Origin: Nitrospirota bacterium
GTDB lineage: Bacteria; Nitrospirota; UBA9217
DNA length: 64,000 nt
Direction: 5' to 3'
Assembly (NCBI GenBank): GCA_963818475.1
Contig: CAWFSF010000002.1
Coordinates: 608,001-672,000, forward strand
Each line of letters opens with the position of its first letter. The stretch's first letter is position 1. The notes beneath the pieces were generated by a model, which saw nothing but the letters and a program-made list of their open reading frames with translations, was not told where the DNA came from and did no database searches. This document shows, piece by piece, positions 22,245 through 31,681 of this stretch. A program made the translations under genes and the position numbers.

Positions 22245-22736
22245 TCACGCTGTTGTTTCGTTAGCCCGCAAAACAGATATTTCACTGCTCGAAAACACTT
22301 TTTCGATGTCCAGAATGATAACAAAGCGGTTCTCCTGCTTGCCCATGCCCTTGATAAACCCGGTGTTCGCCAGCGTCCCGATGCTGGGCCGGGGCTCAAT
22401 GCTGTCCTGCTCAAGATCTATCACCTCCTGCACGGAATCCGCGAGAGCTCCCAGCACTGTAGGCTGATCATCGATTGCCACCTCCACGATGATGATGCAT
22501 GTGTTGACCGTCATCCTGGTCCTGGGCATCCCGAATTTAAGACGGAGGTCCACGACGGGCACCACTCTGCCTCTGAGGTTGATCACCCCGTGCATGAATT
22601 CCGGCGTCCTGGGAATCCTGGTTATCGATGTGAAATCGAGCACCTCACGGACTTGTGAAATATCGATCGCAAAGGTTTCCGTATCAAGATTAAAGGTCAG
22701 GTACTGCGTCGTCTCCATGGTCCCCGCTGTCGTCAT
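22245..22736 (-). CDS. cheW: Chemotaxis coupling protein CheW
   Basis: QYLTF, VREVL, GVINLRGRVVPVVDLR. Confidence 0.95.
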   Translation of the reverse strand: MTTAGTMETTQYLTFNLDTETFAIDISQVREVLDFTSITRIPRTPEFMHGVINLRGRVVPVVDLRLKFGMPRTRMTVNTCIIIVEVAIDDQPTVLGALADSVQEVIDLEQDSIEPRPSIGTLANTGFIKGMGKQENRFVIILDIEKVFSSSEISVLRANETTA

Positions 22737-22790
22737 GGCATGCCTCCCTTTCCAGCATCGGATTTTTCAAATCTGAGACTTTGCCGGCGC

Positions 22791-22918
22791 TCGGCAACAC
22801 CGGCTATCGCTTCTGTTTGAGTACACGAAAGCACGTTATAATCATCACACCTCGTGGTTCACATTTCAGGCCGTCAGAGGTTGCATCCGCCGCGCGTGAC
22901 TGCCGATGTTCTGTGTAC
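22791..22918 (-). ncRNA. Possible degenerate c-di-GMP-I (GEMM) riboswitch upstream of cheW
   Basis: Minus strand TCGGCA...GGATGCAACCTC..CGGCCTGAA...GATAGCCGGTGTTGCCGA; GAAA tetraloop arm not canonical. Confidence 0.3.
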
Positions 22919-23597
22919 AAAATAGTGAAGTATGATAATTGCTGGTAGTGCGTGAGTAACGCTTGTGCCTTGGAGGCACGGGAATGCGGATATGCAGGAA
23001 TTCTGAAATACGAAGGAGCAGCTTTAATCCAGAATGGTCGTGTTGCTTTAGAACTGCAACAAAGAGTTACCTTAGCGTATTGCTTAATGCAGCATTCTTG
23101 TCACCTCTTCGAACACTCCCCTTGAGCTCGTTCATGTTTAGGCAACACTTTATTGCTATTTTCATACGCAACACCTTGTGTAATGATTTATTTTGCAATA
23201 TTTATACCCATACATAATAAATTTAAGTTGTTATTTATCAATTTGTTGCCGTTGGGAGCAGGTGTCGCGCATGTCCGAAAACACTACAGGTCCAGTTGTT
23301 GACTGGCAAAATTTGGCATTAATGATTGCGGTTATAGATCGTCACGAGAGCGGTCACCGTGACCGATACAAAACAGAAGCGCCCCAATAAGCGAGGCGCT
23401 TCACGTCGGAAGCTGAGGCCGTGGTTGCAGCACGTGTTGCGAACAACGCGACAAGGACAGCAAGGACAATAAGCCGTGTATTGATGATTTTTAGAATGCA
23501 CGCTTTTTTCGTTAAAACTTTGCGAATGTAGCATCGATTAAATTTGTCGTCAACCTAAAGTTATGATTTGAGATGACCCGAAGGAATAGTGCACTTG

Positions 23598-23741
23598 TGA
23601 TGGTCTCGTAAGAAGTCTCCTCTGCCGTCATTGCGAGGAGCTGAGCGACGCGGCAATCTCTTTTTTTCAGGCGGTTATAAACTGCGAGATTGCTTCGCTT
23701 TGCTCGCAAAGACGGCTTAAAGGACTTTTACGAACACATCA
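23598..23741. mobile_element. MITE-like element with imperfect TIRs, internal REP palindrome and 5-bp flanking repeat
   Basis: TGATGGTCTCGTAAGAAGTC ... GACTTTTACGAACACATCA; ACTTG on both sides. Confidence 0.55.
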
Positions 23742-23909
23742 ACTTGTAATTGTTTGATTTTATGTGGTGAGGTATTTTCAGAGCGTGGGCGAAAAGTTGC
23801 AGTCATTTGCAGCGCGCTTACGTCGAAAACGAATCTCAGAATGCATTAAGGAATAAGATAGGATGCAAAGGAGTGGGTATCTTGCTGATAAATCGTCATG
23901 AAAGAAAGC

Positions 23910-24380
23910 TCACTGCGGCCGATACCGGAGAGCCAGGCCTTTTAAGAAGCTCCTCAGGAACTGGTCGCCGAATTCCTTGTAGTTCTTATGGTCTTTTTTT
24001 CTGAAGAAGGCGGTCAGTTCGGAGCTTGAGATAGCGACCTCGCCCAGCTTCAGGACGGCGAGCATATCGTCCTCTTTCAGCTCCAGGGCGATCCTGAGCT
24101 TCCGCAGCACGGCGTTATTGTTCAGTTGCTGGTCAGGCCTTTTCACCTGCCCCGGTTCAGCCTCTTTCCTGCCCCGTTTATGAACAATAAGCCCGTCCAG
24201 AAAGGCGCCCAGCACCATATCGCTGCAGGCGACATATCCCGGTTCGTCCTCCTTCTTCAGGAGGTTCTTCAGACCGGCCAGATCGACGGCGTGACCGGCC
24301 TGCTTGAATATTTCGAGCATGGTCGGATCGTTGAGGTTCAGGGCGTAGCGTACTCTTTTGAGAATGTCATTGGGTGTCAT
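23910..24380 (-). CDS. DUF1456 (YehS) family protein
   Basis: NDILKRVRYAL...NNAVLRKLRIAL...DQFLRSFLKGL. Confidence 0.9.
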   Translation of the reverse strand: MTPNDILKRVRYALNLNDPTMLEIFKQAGHAVDLAGLKNLLKKEDEPGYVACSDMVLGAFLDGLIVHKRGRKEAEPGQVKRPDQQLNNNAVLRKLRIALELKEDDMLAVLKLGEVAISSSELTAFFRKKDHKNYKEFGDQFLRSFLKGLALRYRPQ

Positions 24381-24466
24381 AATATGCTTACTGTATATCG
24401 CATTGAGCAGCAGCGCAAGCGGAATTTTCCCGCATTCGAATTTCCATTGTTTCAAAACTTGTCTTT

Positions 24467-24631
24467 AACCTGAAAAACATTTGGACACGGAAGGAGCGGA
24501 TTAACAGCGGATAAAGGCGGATAAATCGTAAACAACGCACTCACCTATTGGGTGAACCATATATCAGGAAAAAATCCGCCGTTATCCGACTCTTATCCGA
24601 TTTGATCAGTGTCAAAGGACGTTTTTAGGTT
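24467..24631. repeat. Family A element, diverged copy
   Basis: CATTTGGACACGGA start, TCACCTATTGGGTGA centre, TTATCCG repeats. Confidence 0.7.
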
Positions 24632-25010
24632 TAAAGCTTTCCTTTGCGTCTTGGCGAGAGACGCCCTTGACTCTGCCCGGCTTGACAGTCATCAGCCTGC
24701 TCTTGAAATTGCAGCGGGAACCAGTTATGATGGCGGCATGAACGAGAACGCGGGAAATCTCTGCGGAATTTGTGACCTGCCTCCGAAGGAATGTGTCTGC
24801 TTTTGCGGGTGAAGCCACGTCTGCCCCCTGGACCAGGGGGAAGCATACTGCCCGATCTGCCTGCCGGAGCCTGAACATTAGGGCAGGAGCAGTACTACTT
24901 TCATTTTTTTCTATCATCTTCCTGCGGTTTCTTATATTATAATAGTGTTGTCAGTGACGAACGCTTTGGCTGCGAGCATATAATCTTATGTACGAAAGAG
25001 GTGAGGAATA

Positions 25011-25076
25011 ATGGCACAGTCGCGTCAGGGAGCAAAAAAGGAAGTTAAGAAGCCGAAGAAAGATAAAAAGAAGTAA
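25011..25076 (+). CDS. 21-aa lysine-rich micropeptide (not in ORF track)
   Basis: MAQSRQGAKKEVKKPKKDKKK; TATAAT at 24979, RBS GAGGTGAGG, terminator downstream. Confidence 0.6.
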   Translation: MAQSRQGAKKEVKKPKKDKKK

Positions 25077-25091
25077 CGATCGCAGCGCCTG

Positions 25092-25130
25092 AAAAAGACG
25101 AAAGGGAGCTATCGGCTCCCTTTGTCTTTT
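25092..25130. terminator. Bidirectional intrinsic terminator
   Basis: AAAAAGACGAAAGGGAGC-tatcg-GCTCCCTTTGTCTTTT between convergent genes. Confidence 0.75.
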
Positions 25131-25173
25131 GATGAACGCTTCATGAACGAACGATCCGCCTGCCGCCCTTCCC

Positions 25174-28100
25174 TCAGAAGAGCCAGAACACCCTGTATCT
25201 TTTCTTATGCTCAGGCGTGGTCTCCACGCCGAACAGCCCCCCCAGGACCGCCCAGTATGAGCCCTTGCCCTCTTCCGACTCAGTATAATAGAAGGGATTG
25301 AACTCAAAGATCGAGGACGTAGGCGTAGCGCTCTTCCTGATGACCCTCCAGAGGAACCGGAAATCGCTCGTCTCGGCGTCTTTCCGCTCGTAGGAAATGA
25401 CCTTCCAGAGGAAGCCCGTCTGTTTCACGAACTCTCCCTCGCTGCTGTAGGAAAACAGGAACCATAGCACGGACCAGCTCATGGCGTCCTGTTCCTTGTC
25501 AAAGGAATAGGAATAGAGCGGGAAGAGCCTGTGCTGCTCCAGAGTTCCTCTCCTGTTGTAGTGGAAAAGACTGATCTTCGGCGGCACCAGCCACAGAAGG
25601 GACAGGTCGGTCTCATCACGCGTCTCATCCCGTTCATACCAGTGAAGCAAGAGCGTCAGATCTCGTTGCCTGTTCTCGTCCTTTTCCTGATGCCACCACA
25701 CGGGAAAAACCGTGGACAGGGAGGCAGTCCCCTCCCGCCTGTGATAGTACAGCAGGAACTGGTCGAGTTCCACGTCCCGCATCGGATCCCGTCCGAAGCG
25801 GATGAGCGGCCAAAGGAGCGCGTGTTCCTGATAGGTCCCCTGTTCATGCCAGCGATAGATCGGCCAGACGTACAGCGTGTTCGTTCCCGGATCACGCTGA
25901 TGGTAATAGAACGGCGCGAGCGTCAACAGCGAGTCCGCGTCGCTCTGGCTGTAGTAGAGCGGGATGAGCCAGGTCTTCTTCTCCGGTCCCTCCACTTTCC
26001 TGCCGTACAGAGGGAAGACAGCGGTGAACGAGTCATTTTGTTCTCGCTTATGATAGTAGAGTAGAAACTGACTGAGCGTGATGTCTTTCACCGGGTCCCG
26101 TCCGAAGCGGACCAGCGGCCAGAGGAACGCATGCTCACGATAGCTCCCCGCTTCGTGCCACCGGTAGATCGGCCAGACGTACAGCGTGTTCGCTCCCTCG
26201 TCGCGTTGATGATAATAGAACGGCGCGAAGGTCAGGAGCGAGTCTTCGTCCTCGTAATGGTAGTAAAGCGGGAAGAGCACCTGCTGCTTTCTTGCTCCCG
26301 CTATCGTGCTCCAGAAAAGAGGGAACACCGTGGTGAACGATCTGTCCTGTTCCCGCTTGTGATAGTAGAGCAGGAACTGGTCGAGCTCCACGTCTTTCTC
26401 ACCGTCCTTTCCGAAGCGGATCAGCGGGTAGAGTGCCCCGTATTCACGGTAGCTCCCCTGCTCCTTCCTGCTGAAGAGAGGCCACAGATGGAGTGAATCG
26501 CTTCCCGGCTCCTTGCGGTGATAATAGAGCGGAGCGATGGTCAGGAGCGAGTCTACGTCTTCACGGTGGTAGTAAAGCGGGAAGAGCACCTGCTGCTTTT
26601 TTGCTCCCGCTATCGTGCTCCAGAAAATAGGAAACACCGTGGTGAACGATCTGTCCTGTTCCCGCTTGTGATAGTAGAGCAGGAACTGGTCGAGCGCGAT
26701 GTCTTTCTCCCGGTCCCGTCCAAAGCGGATGAGCGGGTAGAGGGCCCCGTATTCGCGGTAGCTTCCCTGCTCCTTCCTGCTGAAGAGAGGCCACAGGTGG
26801 AGCGTGTCCTTGTCCGCTTCCCTTCGATGATAGTAAGGCAGCACAGGGAGCGCGAGCGTCAACAGCGAGTCTTCGTCCTCGCGGTGGTAGTAAAGCGGGA
26901 AGATCACCTGCTGCTTCTTTGCTCCCGCTATCGTGCTCCAGAAAAGGGGAAAGACCGTGGTGAACGCTTTGTCCTGTTCACGTTTATGGTAATAGAGCAG
27001 GAACTGGTCGAGCGCGATGTCTTTCTCCCGATCCCGTCCGAAGCGGATGAGCGGCCAGAAGGAAGCGTGCTCGGTATAGGTCTTTTCGCGGCGCAGGCTG
27101 TAGATCGGGAAGAGGACCAGCTTTTCTTTATCCGGCTCCTTGCGGTGATAGTAGGGCAGCACCGGCAGCGCGAGCGTCAACAGCGAGTCCGCGTCGCTCC
27201 GGTGGTAGTAGACCGGGAACAGCCAGGAGAGCTTTTGCTCGTTCTCCACCCGCCTGCTGTAGAGCCAGAGCAGGGCGTCCTGCTGCGAGAGTCCGGCGCG
27301 GCTGTCGCGCGTATCCATGAAGAGCGGGCCGAGGACGAAGGTTTTTTTATACCAGTCGCCTTCCCGGTGTACCCCGTAGAAGGGAATGAGGTGCCGATAG
27401 CTGTTTTCCCCTGAGTCGAAGGACCAGTAGAGCGGGAAGAAAACAGTATAGGCATTGTCCGGCCTGGAGCCGTGCCAGTAGAACGGAGGGATCCTGACCG
27501 AGCGCGTTGTGGGCGAAGCTTCATAATGAAAGAACGGCCAGAGCACGTCCCACCCGGTGAGCTGTTGCTCCTGGTCCGCATATCGGGAGTACAGGGGGAA
27601 GAGGAGGAAATGCCGCGAAACAACGTCGCCGCGCTTGTACTCGCCGTAGAACGGGAAATAGTAGGTGAATGCTGACTGCTGCTCCTTGTCCTCTGCATTG
27701 AAGTACAGCGGAAAGACGGTTTTAAAGCTGAACTGCTCGCTTCGGTACCGCAGGTAGACCGGGACCCCGACGGTGATGCCGAAGTCCTTCCTTTCGTAGT
27801 CATAGTAGAGCGGCAGGAGCGTCGTGAACGCGCTCTCTTCCGACTTCCGCTTCATGTAGAGCGGGGTGATGGCCGAAAACTCGACCGTGGGGCTGTCGTA
27901 CTGTAGGTAGAAGGGAAGGAACGTGCGCAGCCTTGTCGTCCCCGTTACTGACGAGAAATAGGTCGGGAAGATATACCGGAAATGTCCTTCAGGCTCCCTC
28001 CTGCTGTGATAGAGAGGAATGATCGTCCTCACGCTGGTATCAGGCGTTTCGCGGTGGTAGTAAAGCGGCGCGACGATCCGCATCGACTCCTCCGGTGTTT

Positions 28101-29679
28101 TCCGTCCAAAATAGATCGGAAGCAGAAGGTCCCATGCAGCCTGGGGTTTTCTCGATGAGAACCAGAGGGGGAAAAGAGTGGTGAAGGCTTTGTCCTGTTC
28201 CCGTTTATGATAATACAGCAGGAACTGGTCGAGTTCGAGGTCTTTCTCCCGGTCACGTCCGAAGCGGATGAGCGGCCAGAGCACCCCGTGCTCGCGATAG
28301 CTCCCCTTTTCATACAGCCGGTAGAAGGGCCAGAAGTAGAGCGAGTCACTGCCCGGCTCCTTGCGGTGATAGTAGAGCGGCGCAAGCGTCAACAGCGAGT
28401 CTTCGTCTTCACGGTGGTAGTAAAGCGGAAAAAGCACCTGCTGCTTCTTTGCTCCCGCTATCGTGCTCCAGAAAAGCGGGAAAACCGTGGTGAATGATTT
28501 GTCCTGTTCGCGCTTATGATAGTACAGCAGGAACTGGTCGAGTTCGATGTCTTTCTCCCGGTCTCGTCCGAAGCGGATCAGCGGGTAGAGCGCCCCGTAT
28601 TCGCGGTAGCTCCCCTGCTCCCGCCTGCTGAAGAGAGGCCACAGATGAAGTGATTCGCTTCCCGGGTCCTTGTGGTGAAAGTAAAGCGGCGCGATGGTCA
28701 GGAGGGAATCCGCGTCGCTCTGGCTGTAGTAGAGCGGGAACAGCCAGGTCTTCTTCTCCTGGCCTTCGACCTTCCTGCCGTACAAGGGGAAGACTGCGGT
28801 GAACGAGTTGTTTTGTTCGCGCTTATGATAGTACAGCAGGAACTGAGCGAGCGCGATGTCCTTCACCGGGTCCCGCCCGACGCGGATCAGCGGATAGAGT
28901 GCCCCGTATTCGCGGTAGCTCCCCCGCTCCTCCCTGCTGAAAAGAGGCCACAGATGAAGTGAATCGCTTCCCGGCTCCTTGCGGTGATAGTAAAGCGGCG
29001 CGAGCGTCAGGAGGGAATCCGCGTCGCTCTGGCTGTAGTAGAGCGGGAGCAGCCAGGTCTTCTTCTCCTCGTCTTCGACCTTCCTGCCGTACAAGGGGAA
29101 AAGGGTGGTGAACGAGTTGTTTTGTTCGCGCTTATGATAGTACAGCAGGAACTGAGCGAGCGCGATGTCCTTCACCGGGTCCCGTCCGACGCGGATCAGC
29201 GGATAGAGGGTCCCGTATTCGCGGTAGCTCCCTTCCTCCTGCCTGCTGAAGAGGGGCCACAGGTGCGTATAGGAGTAGTCTTTACCCTCGCCTGCCCAGT
29301 AAAGCGGAAAAAAAACGCTGTAACTTCTCTCGGGAGAGCTCTTCTGCCAATAGAAGGGGAACAGGTGAGACGACGAGTGCTCCCCTTCCCGCTTGTAAAC
29401 GCCGAGGGGCCAGAGCACGCTGGTCTTGCGAAATTCCCTCGCCGGATCGCTTTCTGTTGCAAAGATGAAATACCCGAAGGAATACCTGGTCCAGCTGTCC
29501 CTGCGCTCGTAATGGTACAGGGAAAAGAGCGCGTCCGTCTCCGCCCGGCCTTGCTCCTCACTGTGATAAAGCAGCGGCCACGCCGTGATCGGACGCGACA
29601 CCTCCTCGGCGCCCGCACCGGATGCGATGGCCAGAACGAACGTGACGATGATGAAGAGCAGCAGAAATGCTTTTTTCAT
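25174..29679 (-). CDS. Giant exported aromatic/Pro-rich repeat protein of unknown function (1501 aa)
   Basis: Signal peptide ending AGA; recurring (F/W/Y)P(L/F)(Y/F) motifs; nine 103-aa units; C-terminal WLF. Confidence 0.85.
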   Translation of the reverse strand: MKKAFLLLFIIVTFVLAIASGAGAEEVSRPITAWPLLYHSEEQGRAETDALFSLYHYERRDSWTRYSFGYFIFATESDPAREFRKTSVLWPLGVYKREGEHSSSHLFPFYWQKSSPERSYSVFFPLYWAGEGKDYSYTHLWPLFSRQEEGSYREYGTLYPLIRVGRDPVKDIALAQFLLYYHKREQNNSFTTLFPLYGRKVEDEEKKTWLLPLYYSQSDADSLLTLAPLYYHRKEPGSDSLHLWPLFSREERGSYREYGALYPLIRVGRDPVKDIALAQFLLYYHKREQNNSFTAVFPLYGRKVEGQEKKTWLFPLYYSQSDADSLLTIAPLYFHHKDPGSESLHLWPLFSRREQGSYREYGALYPLIRFGRDREKDIELDQFLLYYHKREQDKSFTTVFPLFWSTIAGAKKQQVLFPLYYHREDEDSLLTLAPLYYHRKEPGSDSLYFWPFYRLYEKGSYREHGVLWPLIRFGRDREKDLELDQFLLYYHKREQDKAFTTLFPLWFSSRKPQAAWDLLLPIYFGRKTPEESMRIVAPLYYHRETPDTSVRTIIPLYHSRREPEGHFRYIFPTYFSSVTGTTRLRTFLPFYLQYDSPTVEFSAITPLYMKRKSEESAFTTLLPLYYDYERKDFGITVGVPVYLRYRSEQFSFKTVFPLYFNAEDKEQQSAFTYYFPFYGEYKRGDVVSRHFLLFPLYSRYADQEQQLTGWDVLWPFFHYEASPTTRSVRIPPFYWHGSRPDNAYTVFFPLYWSFDSGENSYRHLIPFYGVHREGDWYKKTFVLGPLFMDTRDSRAGLSQQDALLWLYSRRVENEQKLSWLFPVYYHRSDADSLLTLALPVLPYYHRKEPDKEKLVLFPIYSLRREKTYTEHASFWPLIRFGRDREKDIALDQFLLYYHKREQDKAFTTVFPLFWSTIAGAKKQQVIFPLYYHREDEDSLLTLALPVLPYYHRREADKDTLHLWPLFSRKEQGSYREYGALYPLIRFGRDREKDIALDQFLLYYHKREQDRSFTTVFPIFWSTIAGAKKQQVLFPLYYHREDVDSLLTIAPLYYHRKEPGSDSLHLWPLFSRKEQGSYREYGALYPLIRFGKDGEKDVELDQFLLYYHKREQDRSFTTVFPLFWSTIAGARKQQVLFPLYYHYEDEDSLLTFAPFYYHQRDEGANTLYVWPIYRWHEAGSYREHAFLWPLVRFGRDPVKDITLSQFLLYYHKREQNDSFTAVFPLYGRKVEGPEKKTWLIPLYYSQSDADSLLTLAPFYYHQRDPGTNTLYVWPIYRWHEQGTYQEHALLWPLIRFGRDPMRDVELDQFLLYYHRREGTASLSTVFPVWWHQEKDENRQRDLTLLLHWYERDETRDETDLSLLWLVPPKISLFHYNRRGTLEQHRLFPLYSYSFDKEQDAMSWSVLWFLFSYSSEGEFVKQTGFLWKVISYERKDAETSDFRFLWRVIRKSATPTSSIFEFNPFYYTESEEGKGSYWAVLGGLFGVETTPEHKKRYRVFWLF
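25700..29270 (-). repeat. Intragenic 309-bp tandem repeats (4 + 5 copies)
   Basis: QFLLYYH anchor at 29147, 28838, 28529, 28220, 26999, 26681, 26372, 26063, 25754. Confidence 0.9.
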
Positions 29680-29776
29680 AGGGTCTGCCCTATTATCATA
29701 AAAACCGATCTATACGGCTGCTGACCTTTTTTCTCTAATGCGAGATGTTGCCGCCATTTTGAGCAAACATTATTTG

Positions 29777-30421
29777 CTACTGCAACGCATCCGCGATCGC
29801 AGGACTGTTCAAAAGCTCCTCGATCTTTCCCTTGAATGCCCGGGGGACCGCTTGCCTGGCATGCGCCGGGGGATTCCAGGAACTTCCTCCCAGATCGTCC
29901 TTTCCCTGGATCCTTTTTTCCGCAAGAACCCTTCCGTCCTGGTCGTAGATCTTCATGGTAACGTCGTAGCTCAAGGCAGTATTCATGTAGGTATCGCTTT
30001 TCCATTCGTTCAAAATCAGGAGGATCAGGCGTTCGGCCCGAACAGCCTTCAGTTTTTCCAGAGCGGCGGCTTGATCGTCGTCCTGCGTCACAGCGACGGG
30101 CACGGCTTTATAGCCTTTCTTTGCCAGCGATGTCACAAGCGCCTCGGTCATGTCCTTTGCCAGCGGTTCTCCGCTCGCGGTCGTAATATTGAAAGGATTG
30201 CCGAAGCCGCCGCGCTGAAGGCCGACGAAATCGGGGGTCTTCTCCCGGTCCTTTACGTATTGCCGCTGATCGTGAGCCGCAACGCCCACAGCCTTGGTGC
30301 CTGAAACGGTAAAGTCAGCGACCACATTGCTGTAGCTATGCCGGTTCCCGACAGCGCACCCGGCGGAGAAGGCCAAAACGATCACGACAACGGCATATTG
30401 AACCTGCAAAAAGATCTTCAT
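29777..30421 (-). CDS. Lipoprotein of unknown function (possibly YajG-like)
   Basis: Lipobox SAGC; VGLQRGGFGNPF; AGGAG RBS. Confidence 0.7.
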   Translation of the reverse strand: MKIFLQVQYAVVVIVLAFSAGCAVGNRHSYSNVVADFTVSGTKAVGVAAHDQRQYVKDREKTPDFVGLQRGGFGNPFNITTASGEPLAKDMTEALVTSLAKKGYKAVPVAVTQDDDQAAALEKLKAVRAERLILLILNEWKSDTYMNTALSYDVTMKIYDQDGRVLAEKRIQGKDDLGGSSWNPPAHARQAVPRAFKGKIEELLNSPAIADALQ

Positions 30422-30855
30422 GGGAATGCTCCTTTCCTGACAAGGTGAAATGCCAACGGGCTTGCGTCCGCTGCGCTTAATCCTACAGATTTGAACTGCT
30501 GCACAAAAAAACCGAACAGACTTCAGGGGTTTCCCTGTCGGTTCGGACTCAGCGTTGTTCGTCTTTTAAGTATACTATAATTCTTATACTTTAGAAGTAA
30601 AAATACCAGCCGGAGGATTTATCGGGTATGTGGATAACAATAGCGGGATCGTCATTTTTGATTGCCGGCGCCTGGCAAAAAAAAGGCAAAAGACGCATCC
30701 TGCGCTCTTTGCCTTTGCAACACCGGCTGATGAAAGATCGATAACCGCACAGCCGCTCTTGCTGAACAGCCCGTACTGAAGCAAACACCTTTCTCGCTTA
30801 GCGTTTTTTCATGGTAGACGCCAAGCGCCTCATAGCGCGGACAGAAGCAGGAGCC

Positions 30856-31149
30856 TTATGCTGATTTGAGATGGCGCTCCTTCTCCTCGGTGTAAGCGGC
30901 CTTGCCCGCCTCAATGGCGTCGGTGAGGGCTGTCGTGCTCTCCTTGTACAACTCCTTGCCTCTTTGAACGGTAGAAGCGATCTTCTCCTTCGTCTTCTCG
31001 GCAAGGTCCTTTATGTCCTCCCGTGTTTCTCTTCCCGATTTAGGCGCCAACAGGAGCGCAATACCTGCTCCCACGAGGCTGCCAACCAGGAAGGGGATTA
31101 CCACAGAGCTTCCTTTTCTTCCAACTTCCATTTCTTCTTTCATTTTCAT
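30856..31149 (-). CDS. YtxH domain protein
   Basis: FLVGSLVGAGIALLLAPKSGRETREDI. Confidence 0.9.
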   Translation of the reverse strand: MKMKEEMEVGRKGSSVVIPFLVGSLVGAGIALLLAPKSGRETREDIKDLAEKTKEKIASTVQRGKELYKESTTALTDAIEAGKAAYTEEKERHLKSA

Positions 31150-31541
31150 TTCTCCTTTCCTTCTTTTTTGAGATCCTTTACCAGGGTTGCTACTCCGGTT
31201 CTTATACCTGCCTTGAGGCTCGCAAAGTCTGCCCTTGCTTCAGCGCCGGCCGTGTCTCTTATGAAGCCGTACAATGTCTTCACCTCCTTCTGGAGATTGG
31301 CGACCGACGAGGTAATCCCCCGCACGTCTTCGGTCACGACCGTGACATTATCGCTGATCTTTTTGAAGTTCTCGAGCGTTACCCTGAGCTCAGCCAGCAT
31401 TGCCAGCAGGTCCCCTGACGAGAGCGTGATGAACTGCCGGACAGCAGCTACCGTGCGATAGTTGCTCACCTGGTAGGCGATCGAGACTACGGCGTAGATG
31501 ATGAAAACAACCACTCCGGCGTTTAAAAGCACGTTATTCAT
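31146..31541 (-). CDS. DUF948/YtxG-like membrane-anchored coiled-coil protein
   Basis: N-terminal TM then helical region; stop overlaps ytxH start. Confidence 0.6.
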   Translation of the reverse strand: MNNVLLNAGVVVFIIYAVVSIAYQVSNYRTVAAVRQFITLSSGDLLAMLAELRVTLENFKKISDNVTVVTEDVRGITSSVANLQKEVKTLYGFIRDTAGAEARADFASLKAGIRTGVATLVKDLKKEGKEK

Positions 31542-31681
31542 GATCACCTCTGGTTCTCGAAATTGCGCGCCGATACCGCCGGCGGACCTCCTGCCAGCAG
31601 GTGTTTTTCTGATAAACACGAACGAAGGCCATGCTTCAACGAGATCGTCCGGAGCTGCCCCTTTAGTCTCTCAGGACCACG

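Noticed and set aside
22954-22970. Sigma54 promoter for cheW (AGGCACAAGCGTTAC on minus strand)
   Set aside because: The -12 GC is replaced by AC; too weak to call
25700-29270. DGR template/variable repeats or CRISPR array
   Set aside because: Repeats are in-frame coding units; differences are not adenine-specific; no reverse transcriptase, cas genes or spacers in the window
29676-30005. 109-aa ORF abutting the giant gene start
   Set aside because: Alternate frame overlapping the lipoprotein gene; no RBS or recognisable features
30715-30830. Second GEMM-like motif (AGCCGGTGTTGC on minus strand)
   Set aside because: Only the 3' motif is present; no GACGCAA or P2 elements
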